Assembly: GCA_022615965.1 (NCBI GenBank)
Contig: JAKEGG010000007.1
Coordinates: 28,067 to 92,066 of the forward strand
Direction of reading: 5' to 3'
Length of the DNA: 64,000 nucleotides
Source: Fusobacteriota bacterium
GTDB lineage: Bacteria; Bacillota; TC1
Below, one piece after another: positions 27,195-36,085 of the stretch (positions are counted from its first letter, which is position 1; each line of letters begins with the position of its first letter). The notes beneath the pieces are model-generated. The model searched no databases. It was not told the DNA's origin and was given only the letters and a program-made list of their open reading frames with translations. The translations under genes and the position numbers were made by a program.

Positions 27195-28877
27195 TTACAC
27201 TTTTTTACTATTGTTTGCAAATTTCAACATTTCCATACTTTGCTCTCTGGCAGTTGTAAAGTTATCTGATCCACCTTGCATTCTACTTAATTCATCTATG
27301 ATTTCTAATTCATTTAAAAGAGGATAGATATTCACTAGTATTCTACCATCTGACTCTACTTTCCTTACTGAATTTATTTTATCTGCAAAGGCAGCAATAA
27401 TTGGAGAATGAGTGACACAGATAACCTGTTTATTTAGACTGATCAAATTTAATGCTTCTGCAATTTTAAGTAAGGTCTCTCCCCCTATGCCAGCATCGAT
27501 TTCATCGAATATTAAAGTAGATATATAATCTAATTCTGCAAACAGCTCTTTAAAAGCCAGCATTACTCTTGAAACTTCTCCACCTGAGGCTATTTTACGT
27601 AAAGGCATCAGGTTTTCACCTTTGTTGGCAGAGAATAAAAACTCAACTTCAACAGAACCATTTATAGTTGATTTATCTAATCTATCTATTTTGATTCTAA
27701 ATCCATCTTTATAGATATTTAATCTGCCAAGTTTATCTTTTATACTATTTTCAATTTCTTCTTTGCCCTTAACTCTTAATTCAAATATTCTTTTCGCAAG
27801 TTCAAAATATTCGTCCTGATATAAGTTGATTTTTTCTTGTAACTGATTTAAATAGCTATTCTTATCTTCATATTTATTAATCAAATCCTTCATTTCCAAT
27901 AATTTGCTGTTGATATCATTTATATTTTTACCATATTTTAATTTTAAATTACTTATTTCATTTAAACGTATTTCAATTTCATTTAACTTCTCTTCATCAT
28001 ATTCTAAATTTTGAGAATATACTCTGAATTCTTTATATATATCTTCAAATTCATATAAAATATTTTCAGTTCTTGCTAAAAGTGGCTCCATTGAAGAATC
28101 TACTTTTTCCATTTCTTGCATGGAAAAAATCACAGTATTGAGACTATCTAATAATTTACCATGAACCTCCTGATTTACAGTAGCAGACAACTTATATAGT
28201 TTTTCCGAATTAGCTATTCTGTTTCTTTCTTCCTTTAATTGTAGATCTTCATCTACCTTTAACTCAGCAGCAGAGATTTCTTTAACAGCATATTGATAAT
28301 AATCGTACAAGTCATTTTTCCTATTTTCCTGTTGATTTATTTCATCAAATTCAGATGTTAGTTTATAAATATTAAGATAATTGATTTTTATCTCATCAAG
28401 AAAATCTTTGACTTTTTCATCCTTAGAAATATATTTATCAAGAAGTTCAAGTTGCTTTTCTTTTTTCATAATACTTTGTTCTTGATTTTGTCCATGTATT
28501 TCAAATAAGTTTGACCCAAACTCCTGATAGATATTCAAGGGAACTGTTTTATAATTGATTTTACATTTATTGCTGCCATTTGTAGTGATTTCTCTGGACA
28601 TAACTAAAGTATCATCAGAAATATGAAGATAATCAAGTTTGTTCAACTTATCTTTCACTTCAGTATCTAATTCAAAAATACCTTCTACTAAAGCTTTTTC
28701 AGATCCCTTTCTAATGAAGTCACTGTTAGCTCTATTGCCACAAAGCAAGCCAATTGAATCTAATAATAATGATTTTCCAGCACCAGTTTCTCCAGTTAAA
28801 ACATTCAGTCCTGAATCAAATTCTACTAATATATTATCTATTAAGGCAAAGCTTTCTATTTTTAATTCTTTTAACAT
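27195..28877 (-). CDS. recN: DNA repair protein RecN
   Basis: SMC-like: LTGETGAGKSLLLDSI Walker A, a long coiled coil, and C-terminal signature/Walker B (FDEIDAGIGG). The start is taken at MLKELKIESF (the track start 28898 would overlap argR). Confidence 0.93.
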   Translation of the reverse strand: MLKELKIESFALIDNILVEFDSGLNVLTGETGAGKSLLLDSIGLLCGNRANSDFIRKGSEKALVEGIFELDTEVKDKLNKLDYLHISDDTLVMSREITTNGSNKCKINYKTVPLNIYQEFGSNLFEIHGQNQEQSIMKKEKQLELLDKYISKDEKVKDFLDEIKINYLNIYKLTSEFDEINQQENRKNDLYDYYQYAVKEISAAELKVDEDLQLKEERNRIANSEKLYKLSATVNQEVHGKLLDSLNTVIFSMQEMEKVDSSMEPLLARTENILYEFEDIYKEFRVYSQNLEYDEEKLNEIEIRLNEISNLKLKYGKNINDINSKLLEMKDLINKYEDKNSYLNQLQEKINLYQDEYFELAKRIFELRVKGKEEIENSIKDKLGRLNIYKDGFRIKIDRLDKSTINGSVEVEFLFSANKGENLMPLRKIASGGEVSRVMLAFKELFAELDYISTLIFDEIDAGIGGETLLKIAEALNLISLNKQVICVTHSPIIAAFADKINSVRKVESDGRILVNIYPLLNELEIIDELSRMQGGSDNFTTAREQSMEMLKFANNSKKV

Positions 28878-28882
28878 GATCT

Positions 28883-29332
28883 CTAGCTTATTCTCCATTT
28901 ATTATAGATATCCAGTGCGATTTCCTTGCTATTAGTTATTATTAAAACAGTATCATCACCAGCTAGTGTTCCAACTATTCCAGTGATCTTATTTTGATCT
29001 AAATAAAAGGCAACAACTGGTGCTCCTCCAGGATTAGTATGTAAGACTAGTAAAAATTCAGCAAGATCTATCTTGACAACATTATCAATAATTATTGTGC
29101 TAAGACTTTCTGCTTTGGATATTAAAGGCTTCCTGTCTGAATTATATACATAATAGCTTCCTTCAACATCATGTTCTTTAATGAGCTTTAATTCTTTTAT
29201 ATCTCTGGAAACTGTAGCCTGTGTAATATTAAAATTTAGTAAAACTAATTTATCAACCAACTGTTGCTGTGTTGATATCCTGTTATTTTCTATTATATTG
29301 ATTATTTGATTTAGACGTTCTTTTCTTTTCAT
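28883..29332 (-). CDS. argR: Arginine repressor
   Basis: 149 aa. wHTH TQATVSRDIKEL and C-terminal GTLAGDDT oligomerisation/arginine-binding motif. Confidence 0.92.
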   Translation of the reverse strand: MKRKERLNQIINIIENNRISTQQQLVDKLVLLNFNITQATVSRDIKELKLIKEHDVEGSYYVYNSDRKPLISKAESLSTIIIDNVVKIDLAEFLLVLHTNPGGAPVVAFYLDQNKITGIVGTLAGDDTVLIITNSKEIALDIYNKWRIS

Positions 29333-29339
29333 GTTACAC

Positions 29340-29915
29340 CTATATTTTCTCTATCAAAATTGGATACGGGCTATTATTGATTCTGTTTAAGTACTTCCAA
29401 CTCATAGTTATAAATTCCTTTTGATTTAAGGCAGTAAGAAAAGAATGAAGACTTTCTTCTTCTTTCTTTCCTTCTTGATGACCTGGATAAATTATCAAAA
29501 GAACTATACCATTCTTATTTAAAATTTTTAATATTTTGTTTAAAGCTACTATTGTTGATTTTGCTTTTGTCGTAATTTTCTTATTGCCCCTTGGGAGATA
29601 GCCAAGATTAAAAATTGCACCATCGATCTTTTCTTTTATGTAATAGTCAATTTTTTCATGTGAATCAAAAATCAACCTGACTGAATTTTCGGTCGTCAGT
29701 TTATCCTTGGTTCTTTCAATAGCTTCAGCTTGTATATCAAAGCTATAGACAAAGCCAAGCTGAGCTAAAAATAAAGTGTCTTCACCATTACCGCAGGTAG
29801 CATCTATAAAAACATTATTAAATGTATCTTTAAACCTAGCGTTGAATATACTTCTAAAAATCGTTATAGCATTATTAAAATCAATAATCTTATTTTCTTT
29901 TTCCAATTTTTTCAC
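29340..29915 (-). CDS. mnmM: YtqB/MnmM-family SAM-dependent methyltransferase
   Basis: 191 aa. DATCGNGEDT and FNLGYLPRGNKKITT motifs typical of the YtqB family. Confidence 0.7.
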   Translation of the reverse strand: MKKLEKENKIIDFNNAITIFRSIFNARFKDTFNNVFIDATCGNGEDTLFLAQLGFVYSFDIQAEAIERTKDKLTTENSVRLIFDSHEKIDYYIKEKIDGAIFNLGYLPRGNKKITTKAKSTIVALNKILKILNKNGIVLLIIYPGHQEGKKEEESLHSFLTALNQKEFITMSWKYLNRINNSPYPILIEKI

Positions 29916-30696
29916 CTAGCACTTCAAAAAATAAACGATCATTAAATCTAACTGTTTTAGTAACAACATCAGATTTTCTAATTACTAAAGCACTATTGTT
30001 ATTTAAAGGATAATGTCTTTGACCATCTACCGATATTATACTTTCCCTACCTACACTAGTTAATGTAATTTTGATATTCGCACTACCATCTACAACTATT
30101 GGTCTGGCATATAGTGTATGAGGACAAACAGGTGTTAAAAGTATTGCTTCCATTGTAGGGGTCAGAATAGGTCCACCTGCAGAAAGAGAATATGCAGTTG
30201 AACCAGTTGGAGTTGAAATAATATAACCATCAGCAAAAAATTCATCAACTTTTGTATCAGATATTTCAACCTTGAAGCCTAACATACCTTCAAGATAATT
30301 TCTAGACAAAACTACATCATTCAAGGCAACATCCTTATAAGTAATTTTATCGTCATAATATATTTCAAGATCCAGCATGATACGTTCATCAATAACATAA
30401 TTATTTTTATCCAAGGTCTTTGCTAAATATGTATCAATATTTTCCTTTTCGACAGATGTCAAGAAGCCTAGTCTTCCTAAGTTTATTCCTATAATAGGTA
30501 TTTGAAGTGGATAAATTTCTTTGGCTGTACCCAGTATTGTTCCATCACCACCAAGAACCATAACAAAATCAATAGATAAATCTATTGATTTGATATTAGT
30601 TATTACCTCATGACCCCTTGTGGTATACCATTCATAAATATAATTATAGAGTTCTAATGCACCTTTTTTATTTTTATTATAGATCAAAGCTATCAA
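29890..30696 (-). CDS. nadK: NAD kinase
   Basis: GGDGT motif and a conserved C-terminal domain. The start is taken at TTG 30696 (AAGGAG 7 nt upstream; product begins MIALIYNKNKKG) rather than the track start 30753. Confidence 0.9.
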   Translation of the reverse strand: MIALIYNKNKKGALELYNYIYEWYTTRGHEVITNIKSIDLSIDFVMVLGGDGTILGTAKEIYPLQIPIIGINLGRLGFLTSVEKENIDTYLAKTLDKNNYVIDERIMLDLEIYYDDKITYKDVALNDVVLSRNYLEGMLGFKVEISDTKVDEFFADGYIISTPTGSTAYSLSAGGPILTPTMEAILLTPVCPHTLYARPIVVDGSANIKITLTSVGRESIISVDGQRHYPLNNNSALVIRKSDVVTKTVRFNDRLFFEVLGEKIGKRK

Positions 30697-30753
30697 ATTG
30701 CTACTCCTTAAGTATATTAATATTATTGTAATATTAAATGAATATTTATGCAA

Positions 30754-30788
30754 TAAAAAAAGATACAGTTGAACTGTATCTTTTTTTT
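30754..30788 (-). terminator. Intrinsic terminator after the 62-aa ferredoxin gene
   Basis: AGATACAG/CTGTATCT stem with a 4-nt loop, followed by a long U-tract on the minus strand. Confidence 0.75.
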
Positions 30789-30793
30789 GTGAA

Positions 30794-30982
30794 TTATTTA
30801 ATTGAAATTGCTTCTACCGGACATGCATCTAGTGCGCTATTAGCTGAATCCATTAAATCATCGCTAATTTCTAAATCTTTGCCAACTGCTAATCCATCAT
30901 CTTCCATTTCGAATAACTCAGGACATTCATTTACACAGTTTTCACAACCAATACAAGTTTCCTTATCAACATATGCTTTCAT
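30794..30982 (-). CDS. Small single-cluster ferredoxin
   Basis: 62 aa. CIGCENC..ECP plus a distal ACP Cys. AGGAGG RBS. Confidence 0.85.
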   Translation of the reverse strand: MKAYVDKETCIGCENCVNECPELFEMEDDGLAVGKDLEISDDLMDSANSALDACPVEAISIK

Positions 30983-31030
30983 TCTGTTCCTCCTTATAGG
31001 TTTCTTTAATTAAATGATATAATATAACAA

Positions 31031-31942
31031 CTATAAAAACAACATCTTTTTATTAATTTGGTAATTAAGGCAACCGACTCCTTCTTCAAGAAATGAGCCC
31101 TTGCCTATTGTGCAATCAATATTCTTTAAATAAGAAGATGCTTCATACATTTCAACAGACAACTTATTTCTGTACACTTGAGACAAAATTATAACAGGCT
31201 TCCTCATAGCTTCATAAGCTGATATTCTATCTTTCAGCTTTTGATCATCCGGAATCGTTCCCTGCCCATAGGTCAAAACTATCAGTCCATCTTTAAATTT
31301 ACTCTCTTCAATGCTAATAAAGGGGTTTAAATGTATAACTTCAATTTGCAAATTTTCTTTATAAGTATATACCTGTAATTGATCCTTTCCTTTCAGTAGC
31401 TTTTTTCTATAATTTTCTAAACTGGAGTTAATTGATTCAATATAGGGATTTTTACTATAACTGTTAAATTTGGTTGTTGGCTTTTTCAGTAATTTATTAT
31501 TCATAGCTATTGCTATGATACCTTTATTTCTATTATCAATAATTTCTTTAAGAGCAAATAAAATATTATTTATCCCTTCTTTTGGATCATAATCAATAGT
31601 GTTAATAGCACCAGTTAAAATAATAGGCTTATGTAAGGCTTCTATAGCCCATTTAAGACAGCTCTGCAGATAGGACATTGTATCAGTACCTGAAATAATC
31701 AAAAAGCCTGTATAAGCTAAATATTCCTTTTCAATAATTGATAATATTTCATTTATTACTTTGGGTCTTAGCTGACTGGAATCTATTATCTGAGAAATAG
31801 ATATCAACTCTACATTACTATTTGAATTATTTTGAACTTCACTGATTAACCTTTTGAAAATATCATCAGAATTTTCATAAGTAACATTTTTTTTCATTCC
31901 TATAGTACCACCAGTGTATATTATTAATATTTTGTTTTTCAT
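31031..31942 (-). CDS. ansA: L-asparaginase (type I family)
   Basis: 303 aa. ILIIYTGGTIGM and ISGTDTM active-site motifs. Confidence 0.8.
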   Translation of the reverse strand: MKNKILIIYTGGTIGMKKNVTYENSDDIFKRLISEVQNNSNSNVELISISQIIDSSQLRPKVINEILSIIEKEYLAYTGFLIISGTDTMSYLQSCLKWAIEALHKPIILTGAINTIDYDPKEGINNILFALKEIIDNRNKGIIAIAMNNKLLKKPTTKFNSYSKNPYIESINSSLENYRKKLLKGKDQLQVYTYKENLQIEVIHLNPFISIEESKFKDGLIVLTYGQGTIPDDQKLKDRISAYEAMRKPVIILSQVYRNKLSVEMYEASSYLKNIDCTIGKGSFLEEGVGCLNYQINKKMLFL

Positions 31943-31968
31943 TTAAAAGACCTCTTTTCAATAGACAC

Positions 31969-31997
31969 TTGACTATTTGCCATAAAATAGATATAAT
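31969..31997 (+). promoter_or_regulatory. Consensus sigma-A promoter for tRNA-Trp
   Basis: TTGACT, a 17 nt spacer, then TATAAT, ending 17 nt before the mature tRNA 5' end. Confidence 0.75.
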
Positions 31998-32014
31998 TTT
32001 TTATGTGCTTATTT

Positions 32015-32090
32015 AGGGGAGTAGCTCAACTGGTAGAGTAGTGGTCTCCAAAACCATTGGTTGCGGGTTCGATTCCTGTCTCCCCTGCCA
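32015..32090 (+). tRNA. trnW: tRNA-Trp (anticodon CCA), CCA-encoded
   Basis: Hand-folded cloverleaf: acceptor AGGGGAG/CTCCCCT, anticodon loop CTCCAAA, T-loop GGTTCGATTCC, discriminator G, then CCA. Confidence 0.93.
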
Positions 32091-32098
32091 CATTTATT

Positions 32099-32131
32099 AA
32101 AAGGAGTAGTGATTTTGCTACTCCTTTTTTT
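32099..32131. terminator. Bidirectional intrinsic terminator shared by tRNA-Trp (+) and tlyA (-)
   Basis: 9-bp stem AAGGAGTAG/CTACTCCTT flanked by A and T tracts. The 3' arm contains the last codons and stop of tlyA. Confidence 0.75.
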
Positions 32132-32927
32132 CATCAGTATTATTTACTATGGAATAGATACTGTCCTCATCTATTCTATTCTGCTTAACTTGCTCTTTGA
32201 TAAACAAAATCAAATATTCATCATTTCCTTTTGTACCTGAAATAGGTGATTTTTCTAAAGCCATTGGAGAAAAACCGACCTTAACTGCAAAATCTACGAT
32301 GTTCCTTATTACCTCTTGGTGCACATTTTTATCCTTGACTATACCCTTTTGGATTACTGCATCTTTACCAGCCTCAAATTGAGGTTTTATCAATGCTATC
32401 ATTATACCTTTATCTTTTAAAACATCAAATGCAGGTTGTAAAATTTTATCTAATGAAATAAACGATACATCTGTAACTATAATATCCATTAATATATTAT
32501 CTAAGATATCACTAGTTAAATATCTGGCATTGACCTTTTCTTTAGATATTACTCTCGGATCATTTCTTAACTTAAATGCCAACTGATTATGTCCAACATC
32601 AATGCTATATACTTTTTTTGCTCCTCTTAATAAAAGAATTTCTGTAAACCCACCCGTAGATGCTCCGATATCCAGACAAATTTTATTGTCAACTTTAATA
32701 TCAAATTCATCCAATGCCTTTAAAAGCTTTAGAGCTCCACGACTTACATAAGGAAAGCTTTTTTTGATTATCTTAACAATTGCAGTATCTTTAATTAAAG
32801 CTCCCGCCTTTTCAATCTTACAATTATCTACCAGAATATTTCCTGCCATAATTTCAGCTCTAGCTCTTTGTCTTGTTTCAAAATATCCATTTTCTACAAG
32901 ATAAACATCTAATCTGGTTTTAGACAT
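32118..32927 (-). CDS. tlyA: TlyA-family rRNA 2'-O-methyltransferase
   Basis: 269 aa. S4 domain (RLDVYLV) plus FtsJ-type MTase (LDIGASTGGFTE). Confidence 0.9.
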   Translation of the reverse strand: MSKTRLDVYLVENGYFETRQRARAEIMAGNILVDNCKIEKAGALIKDTAIVKIIKKSFPYVSRGALKLLKALDEFDIKVDNKICLDIGASTGGFTEILLLRGAKKVYSIDVGHNQLAFKLRNDPRVISKEKVNARYLTSDILDNILMDIIVTDVSFISLDKILQPAFDVLKDKGIMIALIKPQFEAGKDAVIQKGIVKDKNVHQEVIRNIVDFAVKVGFSPMALEKSPISGTKGNDEYLILFIKEQVKQNRIDEDSIYSIVNNTDEKKE

Positions 32928-34758
32928 TTAAGATAGCCTCTATATTATTTAGTATTCTTTCTTTTGTAAAACCTACATCATGTCTTAATTCACTTATTGA
33001 ACCATGTTCAATAAATTCATTAGGCAAACCATAGCAATAAACCATAGGTTTCTGTAACTGACTTTTTAATAGTGAACCGAAGCCCCCTAAAACCACATGG
33101 TTTTCAATGGTAAATATTTTTTCATATTTTTCAAGTGAAGCTAACATGTCTTGATTCAAAGGAGTAATAAATCTACTATTAATTAAATCAACATTTATAC
33201 CTTTAATCTCTAAGTGTTCTTTAATATATTGAGCTGCAATGAATTCATTACCTAAACTAATGATTCCAATCTTATTATCTTCAGATTGATTGATATATTC
33301 CATCTTGCCTAATTCAATAGGTTGAATCTGATCATCTTTTTCCATATAGCTATTACCTTTAGGAAATCTGATCATTACTGGACCATTAAAATGTACTGCA
33401 TAATCTAACATATCCTGAAGCTCGTTACCATCTTTAGGCTCCATAAAAATTAAATTAGGAATATTTCCAAATAAATTAATATCAAAAACACCATGGTGGG
33501 TCTCACCATCTTCTCCTACCAATCCAGCTCTATCTAAAACCATAGTTACCGGTAAATTTTGCATACAGATATCATGAATGACCTGATCCACTCCTCTTTG
33601 CATAAATGTAGAATATATAGCTATTACTGGATGAAATCCTGCAATTGCTTGTCCTGCTGCAAAAGTTAGACCATGTTGTTCTGCAATACTTACATCAAAA
33701 AACCTATCTGGTAACTTTTCTCTGAACTTCTCAAGTCCTGTTCCAGTACACATTGCAGCTGTAATAGCTGTTATGTTTTCGTTTTTCTGAGCTAGTCTTA
33801 ATAAATGTTCTCCAAAAATATTTGTAAAACTCTTCAGCTTTTTATTACCTGCCGGAGCTATTCCATGATACTTTTCAGGATCATCTTCTGCATGTAAAAC
33901 TCCTTTGCCTTTAGTAGTGATAACATGGATCAAAGTTGGTTGGTGGATACTTTTCGCTATTTTAAAACCTTCCTCCAGACCGATGATGTCGTGCCCATCA
34001 TATGGTCCTAAGTAAGTAAAGCCAAAATTTTCAAAGAAAATACCTTTAGAAGATAGCCAGTACTTAATCAAACCTTTTACTCTGCTTAAACCTCTTCTAA
34101 CATATCTACCTGAAGATGTTTTGATCAACTCGGAAGTAAGTTTATATTTCATATTCCGATAATAGCTTCCTGAGCTGATTTTTGTAAGTTGTTTAGCTAT
34201 CGCTCCAATGGGTTCTGAAATGGACATTTCATTATCATTTAATACAATAATAATATTTTTATTGATATGACCTTCATGGTTTAAAGCTTCTAAAGCCATA
34301 CCTCCACTTAAGGCACCATCTCCAATATTTACTATGATATCGTATTTTTCACCTTTTAGATCTCTGACTGTGGCCATACCTAAAGCAGCAGATATAGATG
34401 TACTGCTGTGTCCAGTATCAAGTATATCGTGAGAGCTTTCCTTTCTCTTTGGAAAACCGCTTAAACCTTTGAATTGTCTGATAGTCTTAAAAGCTTCATA
34501 CCTGCCAGTCAATATTTTATGGGTATAGCTTTGATGACCAACATCAAATATTATTTTATCCTTTGGGGAGTTAAATATTCTGTGTTGAGCCACTGTAAGT
34601 TCAACTGCACCTAGATTTGATGCTAAATGACCACCATTTTTTTTGACTACTTCTTCAATGTATTCTCTTATTTCCTGACATAAAGGTATCAGGTCTTTTT
34701 CTTCAATTTGCCTTAAATCCTCTGGAGAATTAATCTTTTCTAACATATTATTTACCAA
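32920..34758 (-). CDS. dxs: 1-deoxy-D-xylulose-5-phosphate synthase
   Basis: 612 aa. GHSSTSISAALG, the GDGALSGGMALEALN TPP motif, and a transketolase-like C-terminus. Confidence 0.96.
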   Translation of the reverse strand: MVNNMLEKINSPEDLRQIEEKDLIPLCQEIREYIEEVVKKNGGHLASNLGAVELTVAQHRIFNSPKDKIIFDVGHQSYTHKILTGRYEAFKTIRQFKGLSGFPKRKESSHDILDTGHSSTSISAALGMATVRDLKGEKYDIIVNIGDGALSGGMALEALNHEGHINKNIIIVLNDNEMSISEPIGAIAKQLTKISSGSYYRNMKYKLTSELIKTSSGRYVRRGLSRVKGLIKYWLSSKGIFFENFGFTYLGPYDGHDIIGLEEGFKIAKSIHQPTLIHVITTKGKGVLHAEDDPEKYHGIAPAGNKKLKSFTNIFGEHLLRLAQKNENITAITAAMCTGTGLEKFREKLPDRFFDVSIAEQHGLTFAAGQAIAGFHPVIAIYSTFMQRGVDQVIHDICMQNLPVTMVLDRAGLVGEDGETHHGVFDINLFGNIPNLIFMEPKDGNELQDMLDYAVHFNGPVMIRFPKGNSYMEKDDQIQPIELGKMEYINQSEDNKIGIISLGNEFIAAQYIKEHLEIKGINVDLINSRFITPLNQDMLASLEKYEKIFTIENHVVLGGFGSLLKSQLQKPMVYCYGLPNEFIEHGSISELRHDVGFTKERILNNIEAILNV

Positions 34759-35278
34759 CTACCTTTTTAAATATATAAATAACTTTACCACAAATAATCA
34801 TTAACTTATTTGCATGATTCATGGCATAGTATTTTCCTATAGCTTTACCAAAGACAGTTAAAGCTACAATAATTGCTGTAATTATCAATGTATAGCTGTC
34901 TTGTCTTTTGATATCTGATGTGATTGCTATAACGATCCCGACACCAAAAACTCCACTTAAAGTATTTAATACATCACCTATTACATCCTGACAAATATTT
35001 GCAAATCTATCTGCCTTTTTAATAATTATAACAGCTTCTTTGGCACCTATTTCTTTTTTTGCTGCTAATGCATTGACAGGCTTTAAGCTTGCCGCAGCTG
35101 CTGCTGTACCTAAAGCATCCGCAATAATGCCAAAAATTATGATTACAATTAATACTAGAATCATAATACCAACAGCACCAGAGCTTGCTATTATAAAATT
35201 GGAAAAAAGTCCTACTAATATAGCAATAATAATTGCTATTATTGCTATAACTAATGCATTCTTAACATTCTTAATAAT
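34748..35278 (-). CDS. oapA: Small polytopic membrane protein in the OapA (OLE-associated protein A) position; probable AUU start
   Basis: The track ORF (34748..35164) starts at an internal ATG without an SD. The frame stays open 120 nt further up to a TGA at 35285..35287. GAGGTG at 35286..35291 is followed 7 nt later by ATT (35278). The extension IIKNVKNALVIAIIAIIIAILVGLF.. is a typical first TM helix. The OapA identity rests on position (RNA, membrane protein, dxs, tlyA). Confidence 0.55.
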   Translation of the reverse strand: MIKNVKNALVIAIIAIIIAILVGLFSNFIIASSGAVGIMILVLIVIIIFGIIADALGTAAAAASLKPVNALAAKKEIGAKEAVIIIKKADRFANICQDVIGDVLNTLSGVFGVGIVIAITSDIKRQDSYTLIITAIIVALTVFGKAIGKYYAMNHANKLMIICGKVIYIFKKVVGK

Positions 35279-35302
35279 GTTTATTCACCTCTAAAAATAA
35301 TT

Positions 35303-35845
35303 TGGTGGTAGTATATACAGTAAATTTTGCGGCTTAGGTCAAGTAGGCTTTCCCACTATTCTACAATCTGTTACCAAAATTGCAATTTCTTTTTAAAGAA
35401 TAGCTTGTCTGTCACCATAAACAAAACTTGATTACCACTTAGCTTGCACTTTAATCCCATATATACATCAGCCTAGAAGTTTTCCTTAACAGCAATTATA
35501 AATTCTTATCCTCTTTTGCAAATAGAATTTCATCGTCTATCTTCCAACTTCGGCCTGACGTCGAAAGACAGCTTGTTAGAATCCCTTCTGATTCGCTCAA
35601 GGCGAGCTACACTGTTTTTAGGTTAGCTCCCCACAAACAGGTTTACTTAAGTTTCCTTAAGCCTCCACGGTAGTAGGGACAAGTTTTACATGCCATTGCA
35701 AGTTGCCCTAGCTGCCTTAACCTCCAATACAACCCTAAACTGGGCGTCTAAAGCTAATATCAGAGACTTCATCGTTATGCTCTTTAGTGGATTTTTAGCC
35801 CCACCTTCCAAATAAATAATACTGACTAGGATACTGTAACCACCA
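35303..35845 (-). ncRNA. ole: Probable OLE (ornate, large, extremophilic) RNA
   Basis: About 540 nt with no ORF and visibly more G+C than its flanks. The 5' TGGTGGT-TACAGTA pairs with the 3' TACTGTA-(6 nt)-ACCACCA. Internal helices include CTTAAG-GAAA-CTTAAG (35646..35661) and TAGGG.CAA/TTG.CCCTA (35674..35710). Synteny with oapA-like-dxs-tlyA...nadK-argR-recN matches the published OLE locus. Not verified with a covariance model. Confidence 0.7.
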
Positions 35846-35847
35846 TA

Positions 35848-35883
35848 TTTTTTAAAACAAAAAGAAGCTGGTTAACCAGCTTC
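35848..35883 (-). terminator. Intrinsic terminator after rpmF
   Basis: Perfect 8-bp stem GAAGCTGG/CCAGCTTC around the palindromic TTAA tetraloop (20-nt palindrome GAAGCTGGTTAACCAGCTTC), followed by TTTTTGTTTT. Confidence 0.8.
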
Positions 35884-35899
35884 ATACAATCAATAATTA

Positions 35900-36085
35900 T
35901 TACTTTTCTTTGATAGTAATAACAGCTTTCCCTTTGTAATAGCCACAAGTTGGACAAGCTTTATGGGGCTCTTTTAATTCGTGACATTGTCCACATTCAG
36001 TTAAAGCTGGAACATCAACTTTTCTCCAAGCTGCTCTTCTGACATTAGTTCTTGAATTTCCTTGCCTTCTTTTAGGTACTCCCAT
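35900..36085 (-). CDS. rpmF: 50S ribosomal protein bL32
   Basis: 61 aa. MGVPKRRQGNSRTNVRRA and a CxxC..CxxC zinc ribbon. Confidence 0.95.
   Translation of the reverse strand: MGVPKRRQGNSRTNVRRAAWRKVDVPALTECGQCHELKEPHKACPTCGYYKGKAVITIKEK

Noticed and set aside
35295-35899. tmRNA (ssrA) or RNase P RNA as the identity of the long non-coding region. This includes a plus-strand reading ..QVALAA.. that looks like a tmRNA tag, and short matches to RNase P-like strings (GCTAGGGCA, GGGAAAGCC).
   Set aside because: There is no tRNA-like GGGG...TCGAATC...CCACCA ends. The ALAA-like reading is on the wrong strand and is not followed by a stop. The RNase P universal blocks (GAGGAAAGTCC near the 5' end, ACA..GGCTTA near the 3' end) are absent or out of order. 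Synteny with oapA-like/dxs/tlyA fits OLE RNA much better.
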